A stretch of DNA of 64,000 nucleotides from the human T2T-CHM13v2.0 reference genome, Homo sapiens, in assembly GCF_009914755.1 (NCBI RefSeq), contig NC_060927.1. The stretch is one strand, 5' to 3'. Positions 42,666-57,580 of this stretch are shown here, piece by piece. Each line of letters starts with the position of its first letter. Position 1 is the first letter of the stretch. The position numbers were made by a program, and so were the translations under genes. The notes below the pieces were generated by a model. The model saw only the letters and a program-made list of their open reading frames with translations. It searched no databases and was not told where the DNA came from.

Positions 42666-42843
42666 CAGTAGTTCTCAATTTGGGTTGCACAACAGAACCA
42701 TGTGGGGAGGCTTATAAAATAGTGATGCCTGGATCCTACCCCAGATATTCTTATTTAATTATCCTTGTGGGCTAGCGTGGGCATGAGAATTTTTTTAAAG
42801 CTCTGAGATAATTCTCACGCACAGCCAAATTTGAGAACCACAG
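42666..42843. mobile_element. MER5-family MITE
   Basis: cagtagttctcaattt ... aaatttgagaaccacag terminal inverted repeats. Confidence 0.75.
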
Positions 42844-44196
42844 GTTTGGATGATGCTTCTTTGGAGAAGCCCTCCCTGACCTCCAAACACTTGGCTCTTT
42901 AGCATTCATTCTCCCCTTATATGGACTGTCAGTGCATTAAACTTATTACACCTCCATGTAAATCAGGACTGTTCCCAAGGGAGTTGACCCTGGTGTGTCA
43001 GGGTCATTCCATGCTGGCATGTTTCCAGAACATGAACAGCCATGTCGTGGGTCTACAAAACAGCACCAGCAATTATGTGACCTGCTTTCGATCATAAGAC
43101 TGTGTTAAGACCTTCTCCTCAGTGTTCCTAACAACATCGCATCTCTGTCATGTGGAGCCTAGTGGCACTGTGTTTTATTTGTCTGCTGTCTCTCCCAACG
43201 TGACTATGAATTCCCTGAAAACAGAGGTGATGTCATTTTCATTCTTTACTGTGTCCCCAGAGCCTAGCACAGGGCCTGCCAGGCACATTGTAAGCCCTCA
43301 ATAGCAATTGTTGATTTAAAAAAAAAAAAAAAAAGAGTTTTGGTGGGGCTTCAGTGAAACAAATCCTAATAGGGACTCTTATATAACTTGCTGATAAGAA
43401 CCTTTTAGTTTTATGGACTGAAACCCTTTCCCTCCTTTGTTTAAAATTTTAATGAAATTCACTATTTTATTTATGTCTCAAAAAATTACCCAGCTTTCAA
43501 TATTTTCTGAAGTTGTGTGCCATCTGCTCTTCTTTCCTTCTCAGAAAACCTTTTGATGTATGTGCGTGCATGTGCATAGGAGTGTGTGTGCATGAGCATG
43601 TACATAGTAGTATATTTTAAAAATTACTGTGAGAACTGTAATTAGCTACAGTGGAATCAAGTTCACTGGGCATCAAAATATCTTGATCTGGATTTGCTTA
43701 AGTGAGGCATATGAGTTAGTCACGAAAATGTTTGATTCTTGTTACACATCAACAGGGCTATAAGATGGTCTGCTAAAGGGGACAGATTTTTTAAGGAATG
43801 GAGAGCTATCGATAAGGTACTTTTTCCTGAGTACCTTTATTGTTAGTTGAATAGTTCCATTTATTTATGGGCTGCTGAGTGTAGCAAGGACACTGTTGTC
43901 ACTCCCCTGTTTCTGAAAGTATTTGTAGTTTGTCTTCCCTGATATGACACATTCTGCATAAAACCAGTGAGTTCAACTTGACATCACTGACTACCCAAGT
44001 CCAGGCAGCACACACAAACTATTCCTAAACGTTTGATTATAGCTGGAAACCACAGCCCTAGATGTTTTTATCTTGCCAAATTTATCATTTCCTAAAATCG
44101 TCCTTTAAAACCATTGTCTTTTGCAGCCTTCAAACCCCATCATTCTCTGAGAAGTGACCATTCAAGTGATGTCAACAGCTTGGCCACACTCCTCCC

Positions 44197-44232
44197 CCTC
44201 TGCCCCACTGTCTACCTCTGCCCCACTGTCTA
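44197..44232. repeat. Perfect 18-bp tandem duplication
   Basis: cctctgccccactgtcta x2. Confidence 0.92.
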
Positions 44233-44271
44233 GCTGCTTCACTGGCCTATTTTTGGGTTCACAGGTCATAA

Positions 44272-44620
<349 letters not shown>

Positions 44621-45328
44621 TAAGAAGACTCACCCTATCCTCACTGCCAAGACCATGCCCTTAGGATTAATTGGGGGGAAAAACATGCAAACGTGGAATA
44701 TCTTTACATCCACAAAGACCTGCCATTTGTTAGACATTGGCTTTTGCAGGAGTGAATTAGATTTTTGGCTCCAGGTTTCTGTCAGGAGTCTTAGTTAATA
44801 TCTAGGTCTGTGTCTGCATGGGTCTTTAGATAAAGTAGTCACTCAGTTACTCTTATCATAATACCATGTTTCGACTTTTGGCTTCGTGCTTATTTCCATC
44901 TGTTATTTCCTTATTTGCTATTTATTCCTTTCTTGTCTCATATTCCCCATGAGAACAGAGACCTCACTGTCTTGCTCACCATCAAATACCCATGGAAGAC
45001 ACATATTTAATATTTGTTGATAAAAGTATCCCAGATGTTTATTTATTTTCATTTTCAAACAGAACTTTTCTTCTTAAAAGTAGTAATGTCTAAAAGTCTC
45101 AGATTCATCCAGTGGCTTACTAAATAAAAGGAATCATACACAATATGTAAAAATTAAAGAGTTCAAATCAGAGTTCAAAGAGTTTGAATAAGGTACTTTT
45201 TCTTGATTCTAATCTATTTCACTGTCAGTAACTCTGAACTTCAGTTTGCAGGATGCTGTAGCTATTGATTGAAAAGCAGTTTGGATCTCTCTACATGATG
45301 CTAAATAATTGTATTAATTGTTTTACAG

Positions 45329-45380
45329 ACATGCTGAAAGTCAGCAGAAGCACATGGCAGAGAAAATGCCTGCAAAGTGA
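45329..45380 (+). CDS. SCHIP1: SCHIP1 terminal coding exon (R-HAESQQKHMAEKMPAK*)
   Basis: Acceptor ttttacag|A; stop TGA at 45378-45380. Confidence 0.96.
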
Positions 45381-45970
45381 AAAGAAGCCATTCAACCAGA
45401 GAACAAGCTAGAATTTATTTTGCTTCTGTGGTTGTAAAAATGCTGTTGCTAAAGGTGGCGCAGAAACAAATATCAGTGTTAGTCATTGATAATGTCTGAA
45501 GCTTAATGTCCAGTGATTGGCCTTTGCTTCTTAATTTATTTTAATTTTTTACTTGTGCCACTTAATATCAGGCATTTTAATAAAATATTGTTACAAAAAA
45601 TGTACAGTACTGACACCACCACAAATCATGGTTAATAAAAGAGAGTAGTTTTAACTTTATTTTTATTTGTTTAGAGATTTTAAGTTGGAACAGTATTTTC
45701 CCATTGACTACTTTTCATTCTTCACTGTAGTTTTAAAGAAGAACTGTAAATGACGGTGCTATACAAGTCAAAAAATACATGCCTGCCTCGTAGTGAAGTT
45801 GTAGCTCTCCGTAATATGTATATTTTACTCAGTTTTCAACATTTTGTGAATGTTGACTACCTGAAGTTCCTTTTTAGATGTGCTATTAACATTCTGTTGG
45901 ATTCAGAGGGTTCCTTGAAAGTTTTATGTATAAATATGTAAAATAAAAATTAAAACTTTGTTTCATATCA
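45381..45970 (+). other. SCHIP1: SCHIP1 3' UTR
   Basis: AU-rich, repeat-free stretch between the stop codon and the distal poly(A) signal. Confidence 0.8.
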
Positions 45971-45985
45971 TATGTCTTTTTGCTC
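45927..45985 (+). terminator. Distal polyadenylation site
   Basis: TGTA at 45927 and 45937, AATAAA at 45942-45947, ATTAAA at 45949-45954, CA dinucleotides then a U/GU-rich tract (tatgtctttttg). Confidence 0.8.
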
Positions 45986-47014
45986 ACTAACAAGGCTTAT
46001 ACTGGCTTAACCCTTCTGCAACTAAATTCCCCACCAGGAAACTTTTATCAGTGAAAAAACAAATTGCTCCAGAGGACACACAAGTGGCAAATTGCCCAGA
46101 AAATTATGAGCGTGAGTGCGTGTCTGTGAGTATGTGTGTGTGAGAGAGTGATCCGAAGAACACCAAAGGTCAGTAGCATCAGAGCCTGCACTTCTATTAT
46201 TGCTTAAAGAGATTCATCTGGAATTTTAGCACTTTAGTATTTAATAGCTGCTGGTCTTGTTAGGGCACTATGATTGTATCAAACTCCATTTAGTAAATTC
46301 ACCACGTGAACAAATGATGTTTACACTTACTCTTTCTCCAAGGCCAATTGTTGCTATTTTCAAATTTTTAGCCATTCTGTTGGTCTCATGAAAGAAGATT
46401 CCAAGTCTAAAGCAGATTACAGACTGTTTCTTAATAAGTGGAGAGTTTCAGAAAATAGATTTAATTAGCTAATGTTCATGTAGTGATTAGGGAACCATAA
46501 ACTAAAGCAAAGATGAACAATTCAACATTCCAGAGCCACCCACAAACCACCTGGTTTCACTCCAAGGTCCATGATGTAATCTGAAGATAGAGAACTGTCT
46601 CCATTTTCCTTTCTCAAAAATACTCAGATAAGTATTCTAAAGTATTAAAAAGATTTGCTAGTGTTCCTAGACGGCCTTCTGTTTAGCAAAATAGGTAATC
46701 TTAAATTGTAACACTAGTTATTTTTTATGGGCCTCAAACAAGTTATTTCCATTCAGAATAGAAAAAGAACACAGATCGTAAATATATTTTGGTTTTTGTG
46801 AGTTGGCTGTTGAGGACAGCTTGCTGCTCACTACTGAGCTAAAGAGTGGGGCCCTAAATCCTCTCTGCCCAAAGGTCTCTAACTGAGCCCTGAATTCCCA
46901 CACCAGCTGTCAGGGATCTCCTGGGGTGATCCCAGCCCTGTGAATCCAAGCACAGCTGCTGGACCATCGTCACTGCTTCTACTGGGTGAGAATGTTGGTC
47001 AGTGAGCCAGTGGC

Positions 47015-47171
47015 TCTTGTCTCTAGCTGCACAGTGGAACCACCTGGAGAGCTTCAGAAGCCACTGGTGCCTGGGTTCCACCCCCATGGACTGACTTAAA
47101 TGGTCTGGGGTGTAGCCTGGGCATTGAGACATTTAAAGGTCTCCAGGAGATTTTAATGTTGAGAACCATTG
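47015..47171. mobile_element. MER5-family MITE
   Basis: gctgcacagtggaaccacctggagagctt...ggtctggggtgtagcctgggcat...gttgagaaccattg. Confidence 0.7.
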
Positions 47172-48502
47172 CCTTCCACTTTCTTCTTTTCTTTAGCTTT
47201 ATTAAACCATGTTTCTAAGTATCTAATTTTATTCTGATTAAAAAATATAATATTCCTATTAGTTTGCAATCTGTGGGGAGAGCACAGCTGGAAAGAGTGC
47301 TATGGAAAATGCCTGTGTCCAAGCAAGAGAAGGTAGTGTGGCCTTCTGAACTTCCTGTGGTGACTCTCACAACCTGGAGCCCTGGCGCTAAAACTCAGCC
47401 CACCACAAAAGACTTACATTTTAAAATCCTTGCCAGAACTGCCAGTTCCGGTAAAAATTTAGAAATGTGTTTTCTCTGTGTCTTAAGCCATGCAGTCTCT
47501 GGCTAGAAATGCATGTTGTGAAGAAATTCATGGCCTCTAAGCTCTTCTAATTGTTTGAAGCCCATAATCGTAACCGAATAGCTCCCAACTGGAGAAGAAA
47601 AGAGAGAAAATGAGATTATACCCACAAAGGGCCTCTCAGAATACCTCTGGGTCAAAGCCTAGCTAATAGTACAACTGTTCTTCCCACCATGCCCTGAGAT
47701 ACTCAGAGGAGAGTTATATTCAATTTCCTGGTGTTCCTTTCAGCCTTCTCTGCCCGTGGTAGAAATGTCACCAAGTGACTCTCTAAGGGGATTCTTTCAA
47801 GATTGAGTCTTTCCAGTATTTTTGCTTAGGCTTGTCAGCAAGGACTGGGATTATAACCAACAGGATTCTTACCTGCTCTAGATCATCCTTCCACATGTAA
47901 ACTAGGACCTTTACTAGTTAATCAGGCTTAGAATGCTAGACTAACCTCAAAAATCAAGTTCCGCTTCTCTTCCCCATTTTTAGAGAGTGAGGTGTGGATG
48001 AAAGTGTGCAGGCTCTGGGGCCAGAAGGGACTGACCACAAATGCTTACTCCATCTTCCCACAGATTTGACCCTGAGCAAGTTCCTAAAGCTGTCTGTGTC
48101 TTATCTCATCACCTGTAAATACCATCTCCTCAGATTATTCTAAAGACTGAATAATGTTTATAAAGGCACCTGACACCCAGGAAACACTGAATAAATAAAT
48201 GTTGAATAAAAAGTAAATTATCAGAGCTCAGGTGGTGGGAAAATTCTGAATTTACCAGTTTCTGAGATTTAAGGCATCCTTGTAGTTTTGTTCCCTGTTT
48301 ATTAATTATTAATTTACAAAACAGTGATGCTTAAGTAAAAAGTTAATAATTGCAAGTCCCACTCCCTCCTCCAAATAAGTGCTAAAACTTGGAATGCATT
48401 CTAACACATCTCTCTATGCTTACACAGATACACATGCATGGGGTTTTATATTTCCATTTGTCTATACAAAGGTAGGATCTCTGTAGCTTACTTTATCCAT
48501 AG

Positions 48503-48856
<354 letters not shown>

Positions 48857-49185
48857 TAATAGCTTTGTAGTAATCCCCAGTGTTGGTGGAACATACCTTA
48901 TTCAGCCATTCCCTTTAATGATGGACATTAAGAATCTTTTCAGATTTCTGCCACCAGAAACAGTGATCCAGTAATTATGCTTGTACTTAACATCTATTTA
49001 TACCTTTTATTCTGTGATTACCTCACTTTTTCTTTAACCATTCCTTGGTACTGCTTAAATACTTCAGAGTACAGAGAGCTAATTAAGGTAGGTAGGAAGA
49101 CCAGGAGGGGCCATTGCAGAGAAGTTTGATTCCTTGCAATGAAATCGGAGGACCACACCAACACATTTTCATCTTCAACTAGAGC

Positions 49186-49186
<1 letters not shown>

Positions 49187-49240
<54 letters not shown>
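49187..49240. repeat. (TC)12(AC)15 compound microsatellite
   Basis: Directly visible. Confidence 0.96.
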
Positions 49241-49243
<3 letters not shown>

Positions 49244-49699
49244 TTGAGCCTCCAAAAACTCCCCTCTGCCTCCGGAGTACAGATTTTTCTCTATTTCCTC
49301 TTTGAGGGTAGAGGCAAACTTCAGCCACCCTTGTAACTGTAGCCCCAAGCACAGAACCAAGCGGACAGTCCTCCCTTGAAGATTGGCCCAATGAGAAGCT
49401 CTAATCATTAGGACTCTGCCTTTTGACGCCTCTGTTAACTGGTGTCACTCTACTCTTCTGATGTATAATGCCTCTCCTCTTAGCTGAGGGATGAGCCCCT
49501 GGGACTGACTTTCCTTCAGATTTAATCTCACTGTTCTCAGGTTTAATCCCCCACGACTGGTCGATTTTTTTTTAAATCCCTCAGTTACCCACAAATCTAA
49601 GATCTGAAAAATTTCCTTCCACAGAATTTGTCATCTCTAATAAACAGCCCTTTTAGCCACCAATCTGCTAAAACTCATGCCTCTCCACCATGTTTATAG

Positions 49700-50092
49700 T
49701 TTTGAAATTGTTATTGGGAAATGGCTAGAGAGAGACATTCCCAGCCCCCTGCCCCTTGGCCTAGATGTGATCCCATGACACATTTTTACCAATGGAATGT
49801 CAGTGGATGTGAAGTGCCTTAATTCTAGCCAAGGCTTGAAAGAAAGGGTTTGCCCTCTCCATTCTCTTTCTCCTTGTACCAGCTACAATCACAAGAACCT
49901 AGAGGGATGCAGAGCCACCAGATGGAAAAAGTCTGGGTCCCTGACTCACTGCATGGAGAGAGTTACCTGCCATCCAGTAGGATTCACCTCAAACTGGAAA
50001 AAAAAAGATGATTAAAATAAACTATGATTACATTTGTGCCTTTATACTGCATTGAATCTGTTACAACAGCTAACATTACACTAACTAATGCA
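49700..50092. mobile_element. MLT1-like LTR relic
   Basis: cattcccagcccc...ccaatggaatgt...cagagccaccagatggaaaaagtctgggtccctgactcactgcatggag...tgttacaacagc...ctaactaat. Confidence 0.6.
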
Positions 50093-52156
50093 AGTCCTTA
50101 ACAAGGACAGCCATAATCTTTTAAGAAAGAGCTGAAACACAGACCCAGTTAGACAAACCCTGTGTTCTTAACCACCATGCCACACTGCTTCTTTTCTATA
50201 GAAAATCATCTCTAGGTCAGAGATTGACCCTTTTATCAGTTAATGGACCTCTTCAGTTTAGTTTAAATCTTTTCCTCTGCTCTGTCTTTTCCTTTAGCCA
50301 TTAGGACAGAAATCAGAAGTTGATCAAAATGAGATTTGTCATGAACAAACAATTCATGCCAGAAACAAGAATATGGAATTTATGATGATGCCAGAAACAC
50401 AAATATTGTTAAGTGACAACAAGAACCTATTTGGTGTCTAGCTGGAAAAGTCTTACGTTTCTATGATCTTTAAGACCACACTTTGATTACTGCCACACCA
50501 GCTGAATTCTGATGCTTACAAAATACAATATACAATTACCATTTGCACTGGTCTTCATTTATTTTTTCTAAATAGGATGTGACACATTCATTATGAGATA
50601 GGTTGATGGGTAATGAGTTTTTCAGGATATTTTAATTGAGGCTTATAGTCAGTTGTCAGTATAAATTAACATTATATTAAATAATTCATGAATTAATGTT
50701 CTGGCTGTGCAAAATGAAAATGTCCTTTTAATTTCTGAGTGAGTATCCTAAAGCCATTTCATTTGGTAGCTTTGGAAAGAAATGATTCACCAAGACTAAT
50801 TGGTCATAAGAAATTCTTTTTTGTAGCAAACTTCTTTTTGTACATTTCTCTGTTCTAGAACAATGTTCTGCCTATGGTTGTAACACAGTCCTTGTTTTAA
50901 AAACGACTGAATCCACTTCCCTGCACCACAGTACAAGAGTACAAGGTAGTAAAGTGATACTTATGGGGAAAGTGATTTTATTTTCACCCTCCAGACTAGG
51001 CATTCAAACTTTCTTGTTTATTATTTACTACCAAATTCTCTTTTCTTTTATATTCAATCAATACCTTATTTGCTTTTTTGGCTTTTCAGAAAATAGTGGT
51101 GTGTATTCTGACTGTGGTAAAGCATAGGCAAAGCTGGAAGTGAGTGCTTTAATTTTCTGCCTCATAAAGTTACTTCCTTCCAGATGTGTGTTAGTTCGCA
51201 GTAGAAATTACAGTCTGTAATGACGTGTCATCTCACCTTGTGCAGGAGCTTTTTAGGTCACATAACATCCCCATGTATTAGGGCATGTGAAAGTCAGCCA
51301 GGAATCCATACTTCACCTTGAGAGCAATTTCGAGGTGAGGGTTCAAGGTGAAAATGATGTTGACCTTTACAGGCACTGGGGAGAAAGGGCTTCACTATTT
51401 ATCAGAAAGCATCCACTTCCTCCTTCCATCAAAGTGAAGGACTCTTGTCCCTGCTGCTCAAGAAGGCTGACTTGAGAATGTGTCATTGTCTCTGATGCAA
51501 ATCAGATTGAGAATAGAACACCAGTCGGGTGCTCTAAGTAATTTTTTAAGGGAAGTAATGAATGCTTCAGGAAGAATAATTAGGTGTGGGGATGTTTGTA
51601 TGGGAGTAATAAATCTATCTCCCTGCAGTTCTGGCTAAACTAAGAGTGGGAGTAAGACAGACATGGGGCTTTTTGGAGTTTGCAAACCAGTCTCACCACA
51701 CTGCAAGTGAGAGCGCTGGGCCTTCAGGGCGACAGCATAAGAGCAGGAGAGGAAACCTGGCTGAACATGAGGACTGAGGAATGGGAGAGCTGCTCAGTGA
51801 GAGGCCAGGGGGACCTGGGACAGCATCTGCAGAACTTGGCAGCGCCACTGCAGCCCTTGCCACGGCCAACACCTCTAAATGCATTTTGGTGCCTTGAACC
51901 CATTAGCCAAAAAAGTGCCTGGTGGGTTTTGCTTCCATGAGAGTAAAAACTAGAGCCACTGACAGGCCCGTCTGTCACCAATCTTCAGTTTCCTGTGAGG
52001 ACATTCTTCAGGCACTACAGTGGGACCCAGTGAAGCTCAGAGCCAGGCCCACCCCATGTGTGCTAAGGCTTACAGGGCATTTGTCAGCGGCAGCTTTGAA
52101 GGGGCTAAATACCTGAGGTTTAATGAATTAGGGGGCAATATGTGAATATATAAAAA

Positions 52157-52452
<296 letters not shown>

Positions 52453-52744
52453 ACTACAAACTTCTTTTTAGGTTCCCTTACTTCCCAAGCTGATCTGGGG
52501 GGCTACCTTCCCACAAACACGTAAGCAAGAATAATGCAAAAAGTGTAAATAAATGAATGTGGTTTGGAGAGAAGGGGCACAGTCAACAATAAACAATAAA
52601 ACACGAAAGTTTTGAATTATACTTTTTTGGCCACCTTTGAAATGTGTTGTTCATTTGCTCCTTACAAGAAAGAGTCCTAGCTAATTCATCTTGGTTTTGA
52701 ATCTAAATTGTATTTCCGGTCTCCTCTGTCTCATTCTTATTTCC

Positions 52745-53160
52745 TTCTTATTTATTTATTTTTATTTTTAATTATTACAAGTACATAATAGTTGTATATC
52801 TTTATGAGATATATGTAATGATTTTATATGGCATTTAATATGTAATGATCAAACCAGGGTAATTGGGATATCCATCACTTCAAGCATTTATCATTTCTTT
52901 GTGTTAGAAGCATTCCAGCTCCACTCTTAATTATTTTAAAATAAACAATAGATTATTGTTAACTGTAGTCACCCTATTGTGCTACTGCATACTAGATCTT
53001 ATTCATTCTAACTATATTTTTGTCTCCATTAGCCATCCTCACTTTGTCCCCCACTCCCCACTACCTTTCCCAGCCTCTTGTAACCTCATTCTACTCTATC
53101 TCCATGAATTCAACTTTTTAAATTTTTAGCTGCCACATATGAGTAAGAACATGCAAAATC
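52745..53160 (-). mobile_element. L1MA-type 3' end
   Basis: gtacataatagttgtata...caagcatttatcatttctttgtgttag...actagatcttattcattcta...catatgagtaagaacatgc. Confidence 0.8.
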
Positions 53161-54899
53161 TCTCATTTCTTTCAGTTCGGTCCCCTAATTTACATAGACA
53201 GACAGTGTGCCAATATTGTATTAATAATGCCCTCTCCAATCCACTGAAAAGTCAAAATGCCTACTTCCTTTTTTTAAAAGTACACACATGTGTGTCACTT
53301 CCTAAATTCTGCTCATTGTCAAGAATTCTTGGCTATAAAATCATCAAAGAGTTGTTGTCGAGATAGTTAACTGCTCCTGTAAAACATCCCAATTGCCTTG
53401 ACTTCACATGATGCTTTTAGAGCATCAGTACTTGCTAGCTGGGGACAAATGCACTCACTCGTCCTTCTGAGAATTCTGAATTTTAAAGAAAGTAGGAAGT
53501 TCACATACAAATCACTCTCATTTCAGGTGCTTGCATGGATTTTCCTCTACTACCAATTAATTGGGCAAGCAGCATTTCTTTCACATCACACTAGAAAATG
53601 AAAGCCAAATCTTAAGTAGCCAAAGCTACTTAAAATTTCTGAAACAAGTGGTCATGGTCATTCTTTACTCAAAGTTACCCCAGGCTCCTTGGCTCAAGAC
53701 AAAAGCATTTTCATGGGAATTCCTTTGGCGTCAGTTTCCAGGCCAGTCATGCAAGCCATCCATACATATGGACCTTACACGCCACTGCAAATGGAGCTGC
53801 TAGGTTTTCAGGAAGTCAGTGGCTTTACCTTCCAGGTTCTGAAGCCAAGAGCAGGAGGAGAGTGAATGTGAGCACTCCTTCCTCAAAGATGACTGAAAGA
53901 GAATGGAAGAAATATTTGAGAAAACTACTGTCAGAAGCAGCTGGGAAGAGGAAAAGAAATCACTGTGTACTAATATGGAAGCTGAAAAGTGTAGAGAGGG
54001 AAAGGGCTAGACAGACCCTGGTCATGCACATCTTTCCATGGGTCACAAATATAAATGCATATAGGGACCAGACTGATAATACAAACAAATAACTGAAGCA
54101 AGCTGGATGCAAGACTATAAGGAGTGATGAGGAGCAAATGCCCTGACTAAAAGGGATTCACTGCTAAGTAAATACTGACAACTTATCTGGCCTGGGCTGA
54201 CCTGGCTTTTCTAAGATTTCAAAATATCTGGATTTATTATACAAAATACACTACTTCTATTAACCAATGTTTTATCTATATGACATTGGTCACCACTGAA
54301 AATCCTTTTAAGAAAGAGCCCCACAAAACTCATTATTATATTTACTGACAGACTGATATTTACCACATTACACAATGGCAACTTTATGAGCACCGAGGGA
54401 GATATTCCTTTCAGATGTCAATACCAATAATAGTCAAGTGTCTCTGATTATCATTGTAAATTATTTGACTGATCATGTCATTATCCTGCTTGCGCTGGCT
54501 TCCAGGAAGCAAGGAAGTAAATTTGCAGCTCACCTATGAAAAGTTGGATGAGAGCTTTGGATAATGTGACTCTTACTTTGCTGTACCAACTCTCTAAGTT
54601 GCCTCAAATTCTTTTGGGGAACCAGGAAAGGTATCATAAGTAAATAAATCCATCTATCTATTTGTAAATTTTTTCTTATTTATTTTTATTTATAAATGTA
54701 TCTATACATTTATTTAGCCCTCTCTGTCTACCAACACCTGGAATCTTCTCCCAGGGAAGCATCCAGGGAACTGCCAAGGGCAATAATCTATTTGTTTTGG
54801 AAGATCAAGTGAATAAAAACCAAGTCCTGATTTCAATTATACGTCCCCAAACATCTTTTGTTTGTCTATATTTTCACTATCATATTGCAGTTAAGTTCT

Positions 54900-55442
54900 G
54901 CTCTCATGGTCAGTGTTAACTACAGTTTTTATGTTGCCAATGCGTGTTCTCATTCTTCTTGTTTTCTCGGGGATCTCTTCCTTAGCTCCCATGTGGTTAC
55001 ACTGGGACTGTCATCAGACTTGGCGACCTGTCCCCTTTATCACAGGTATGAACCAGGCAGTTAATCAGAACATGAATTCCACCACACTCCACTAATAATT
55101 GGTTCATTAATGGGCATGTAACCCCAGCAAGGCCAATCAGAAGCTTCTCTGGAATTGGTTTGTGGATACTGGGATTGCTAAAATGAGAAAATAAGAGCTT
55201 GGCAGTCATCTCTTTCCACTATAGGAGAGAGAGTTCGCAACAGAAGCCAAGGACCGCAGCAGAGCTGAGAGATGCTGCAGGAGAAGGAAAGAGCCCTGAT
55301 GATACCCTGTGAGTTCTTGAATTTCCTCTGAAGCCAGTTTCTCCCTTGAATATTTTTGTTATAATAATCATCAATAATACTCCATTTTGCTTGAATTAGT
55401 TTACATAGACTTTCTGTCAGGACTGAAAGCATCCTGACTGTA
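54900..55442. mobile_element. MLT1-like LTR relic
   Basis: gggcatgtaaccccagcaaggccaatcaga...gaagccag...gcagagctgagagatg...actgaaagcatcctgact. Confidence 0.5.
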
Positions 55443-55449
55443 CTGTTGT

Positions 55450-56040
55450 CTCTAATCTTATAGTCCTATCCCATCATCTCAATCCATCCTCCACATAGCT
55501 GCCAAAGTGATCTTGTAATGTTTCTAGCAGACGTCTGATCTTGACGTGGCCCTGCCCAATTTCCTAAAAGCCTGTCTCCCACAGAATAAAATACAAATGC
55601 TTCGTATGATATTCAAGGCTTGTTGTGTTCTGTCTTCCCTCCCTGTACAACCTATCTTTAGGCACTCTCCTTTTCATTCTTTGAGCAGGAGAAATTTGAG
55701 CTCCTTGTTGATCCTAAGCTCTCCTTGGCCTCCAGGACTTTTCCTATGACATTCTTTGTTCCTAAGATGACCTCGTCTACTTTGAGCTCAAATGCCATCT
55801 CCTCTGGAAAGCCTTCCTTTGCTTTCTTAGACTTTTATTCCTCTCTGCTTCCACTGTGCCCTCCTTTCAGAAAGTGTGTAGTATTGTCATTGTTTTTGCC
55901 TTTCTACAACCAGACTATAAACCCCCTGAGGGCAGGGAAGGTCATTTATCTGTGTTTCTTCATGCCCAGCCCAGAAAATGGTACTTAATAGGACCTAAAT
56001 AAACACTCACAAACATGTTGAAGTGGTGAATAAATAAGTG
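55450..56040 (+). mobile_element. L2 fragment
   Basis: tccatcctccacatagctgccaaagtgatctt...gctcaaatgccatctcctctggaaagccttcc... Confidence 0.6.
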
Positions 56041-57028
56041 TTCAATACCATCTCATAGAGAAATTCTACTCCTAGCTTCTCACTACCCACGCAGTTCCTC
56101 ACCAATCTGTTTCTCCACCAGTTCTTAGACCTTATGAAACAACTTAAAACTCCGTGTCTTTTCAAGATGGCAAGTGTCTTCAAAGCCCCCGCTTGAGATT
56201 CAATGTTCTCATAAGGTCTCTAACAGAGCCAATTCTGAAGTGTATTAAGCCTGCTAGATATCAGAACCTAATATGCTTTATAAACTGAGATGACAGGCTC
56301 AAGTGATAACTGTCCATTAATTATGGACAAAATTATAAGCATCTTTTTAAGAGGAAAGGGATTGAGTACAAGACAGATGACAGATGGCCTAGCAAGCTGA
56401 AAAAGGCCCATGTGATATGGGCTGACCATTCCTGGTTATCTGAATAGGTGGCAATATGTAGAACTTCTATCAGTATTTTCTGTGCTAAGAAATATGTGCT
56501 CCCACTGCCCTTTGGGAAGGGAGTTTAGGCTTTTTGGCTTTCCTGTTGTGTAATTCTGTGGTTTAACTTAGTGAACATCAGGGTAGACTCTTGGGCTTAG
56601 CCCTGAAATACAATTAGGTTCCTTCTTGCTAACCTTATGGTGCAGAGATGCAGAGAGTAACTCTACGATGTTGGATGGCCAATGGCTGAGTCAAAGCTGG
56701 GGAACATGGGAAGTGGTAAAGTAGAAGTAGTAATAAGAATACCTTTCATTTATACTCTTTGAGGAACTAACCAGTATCCTGTTGGCCTGAAAAAGTTATT
56801 GAAACTTCCCAGAGGTGTTCAATTTGCCCCCAGGAAGTAATTTAGACCTTTTCACATTATTTCATTATCTTTTATGATCTCAGAAGTTTCCTAAGAATAA
56901 GGAAAAGCAAGCAGATGTGATTTTTATTTTACAGAAAGAGAAATGGATGCAGAGGGGTTAAGAAGGGCATTTCCCAAGGCTCGATAGTTGGGTCAGGATT
57001 AGAACGCCGCACTTATACTATTAGCCTA

Positions 57029-57580
<552 letters not shown>

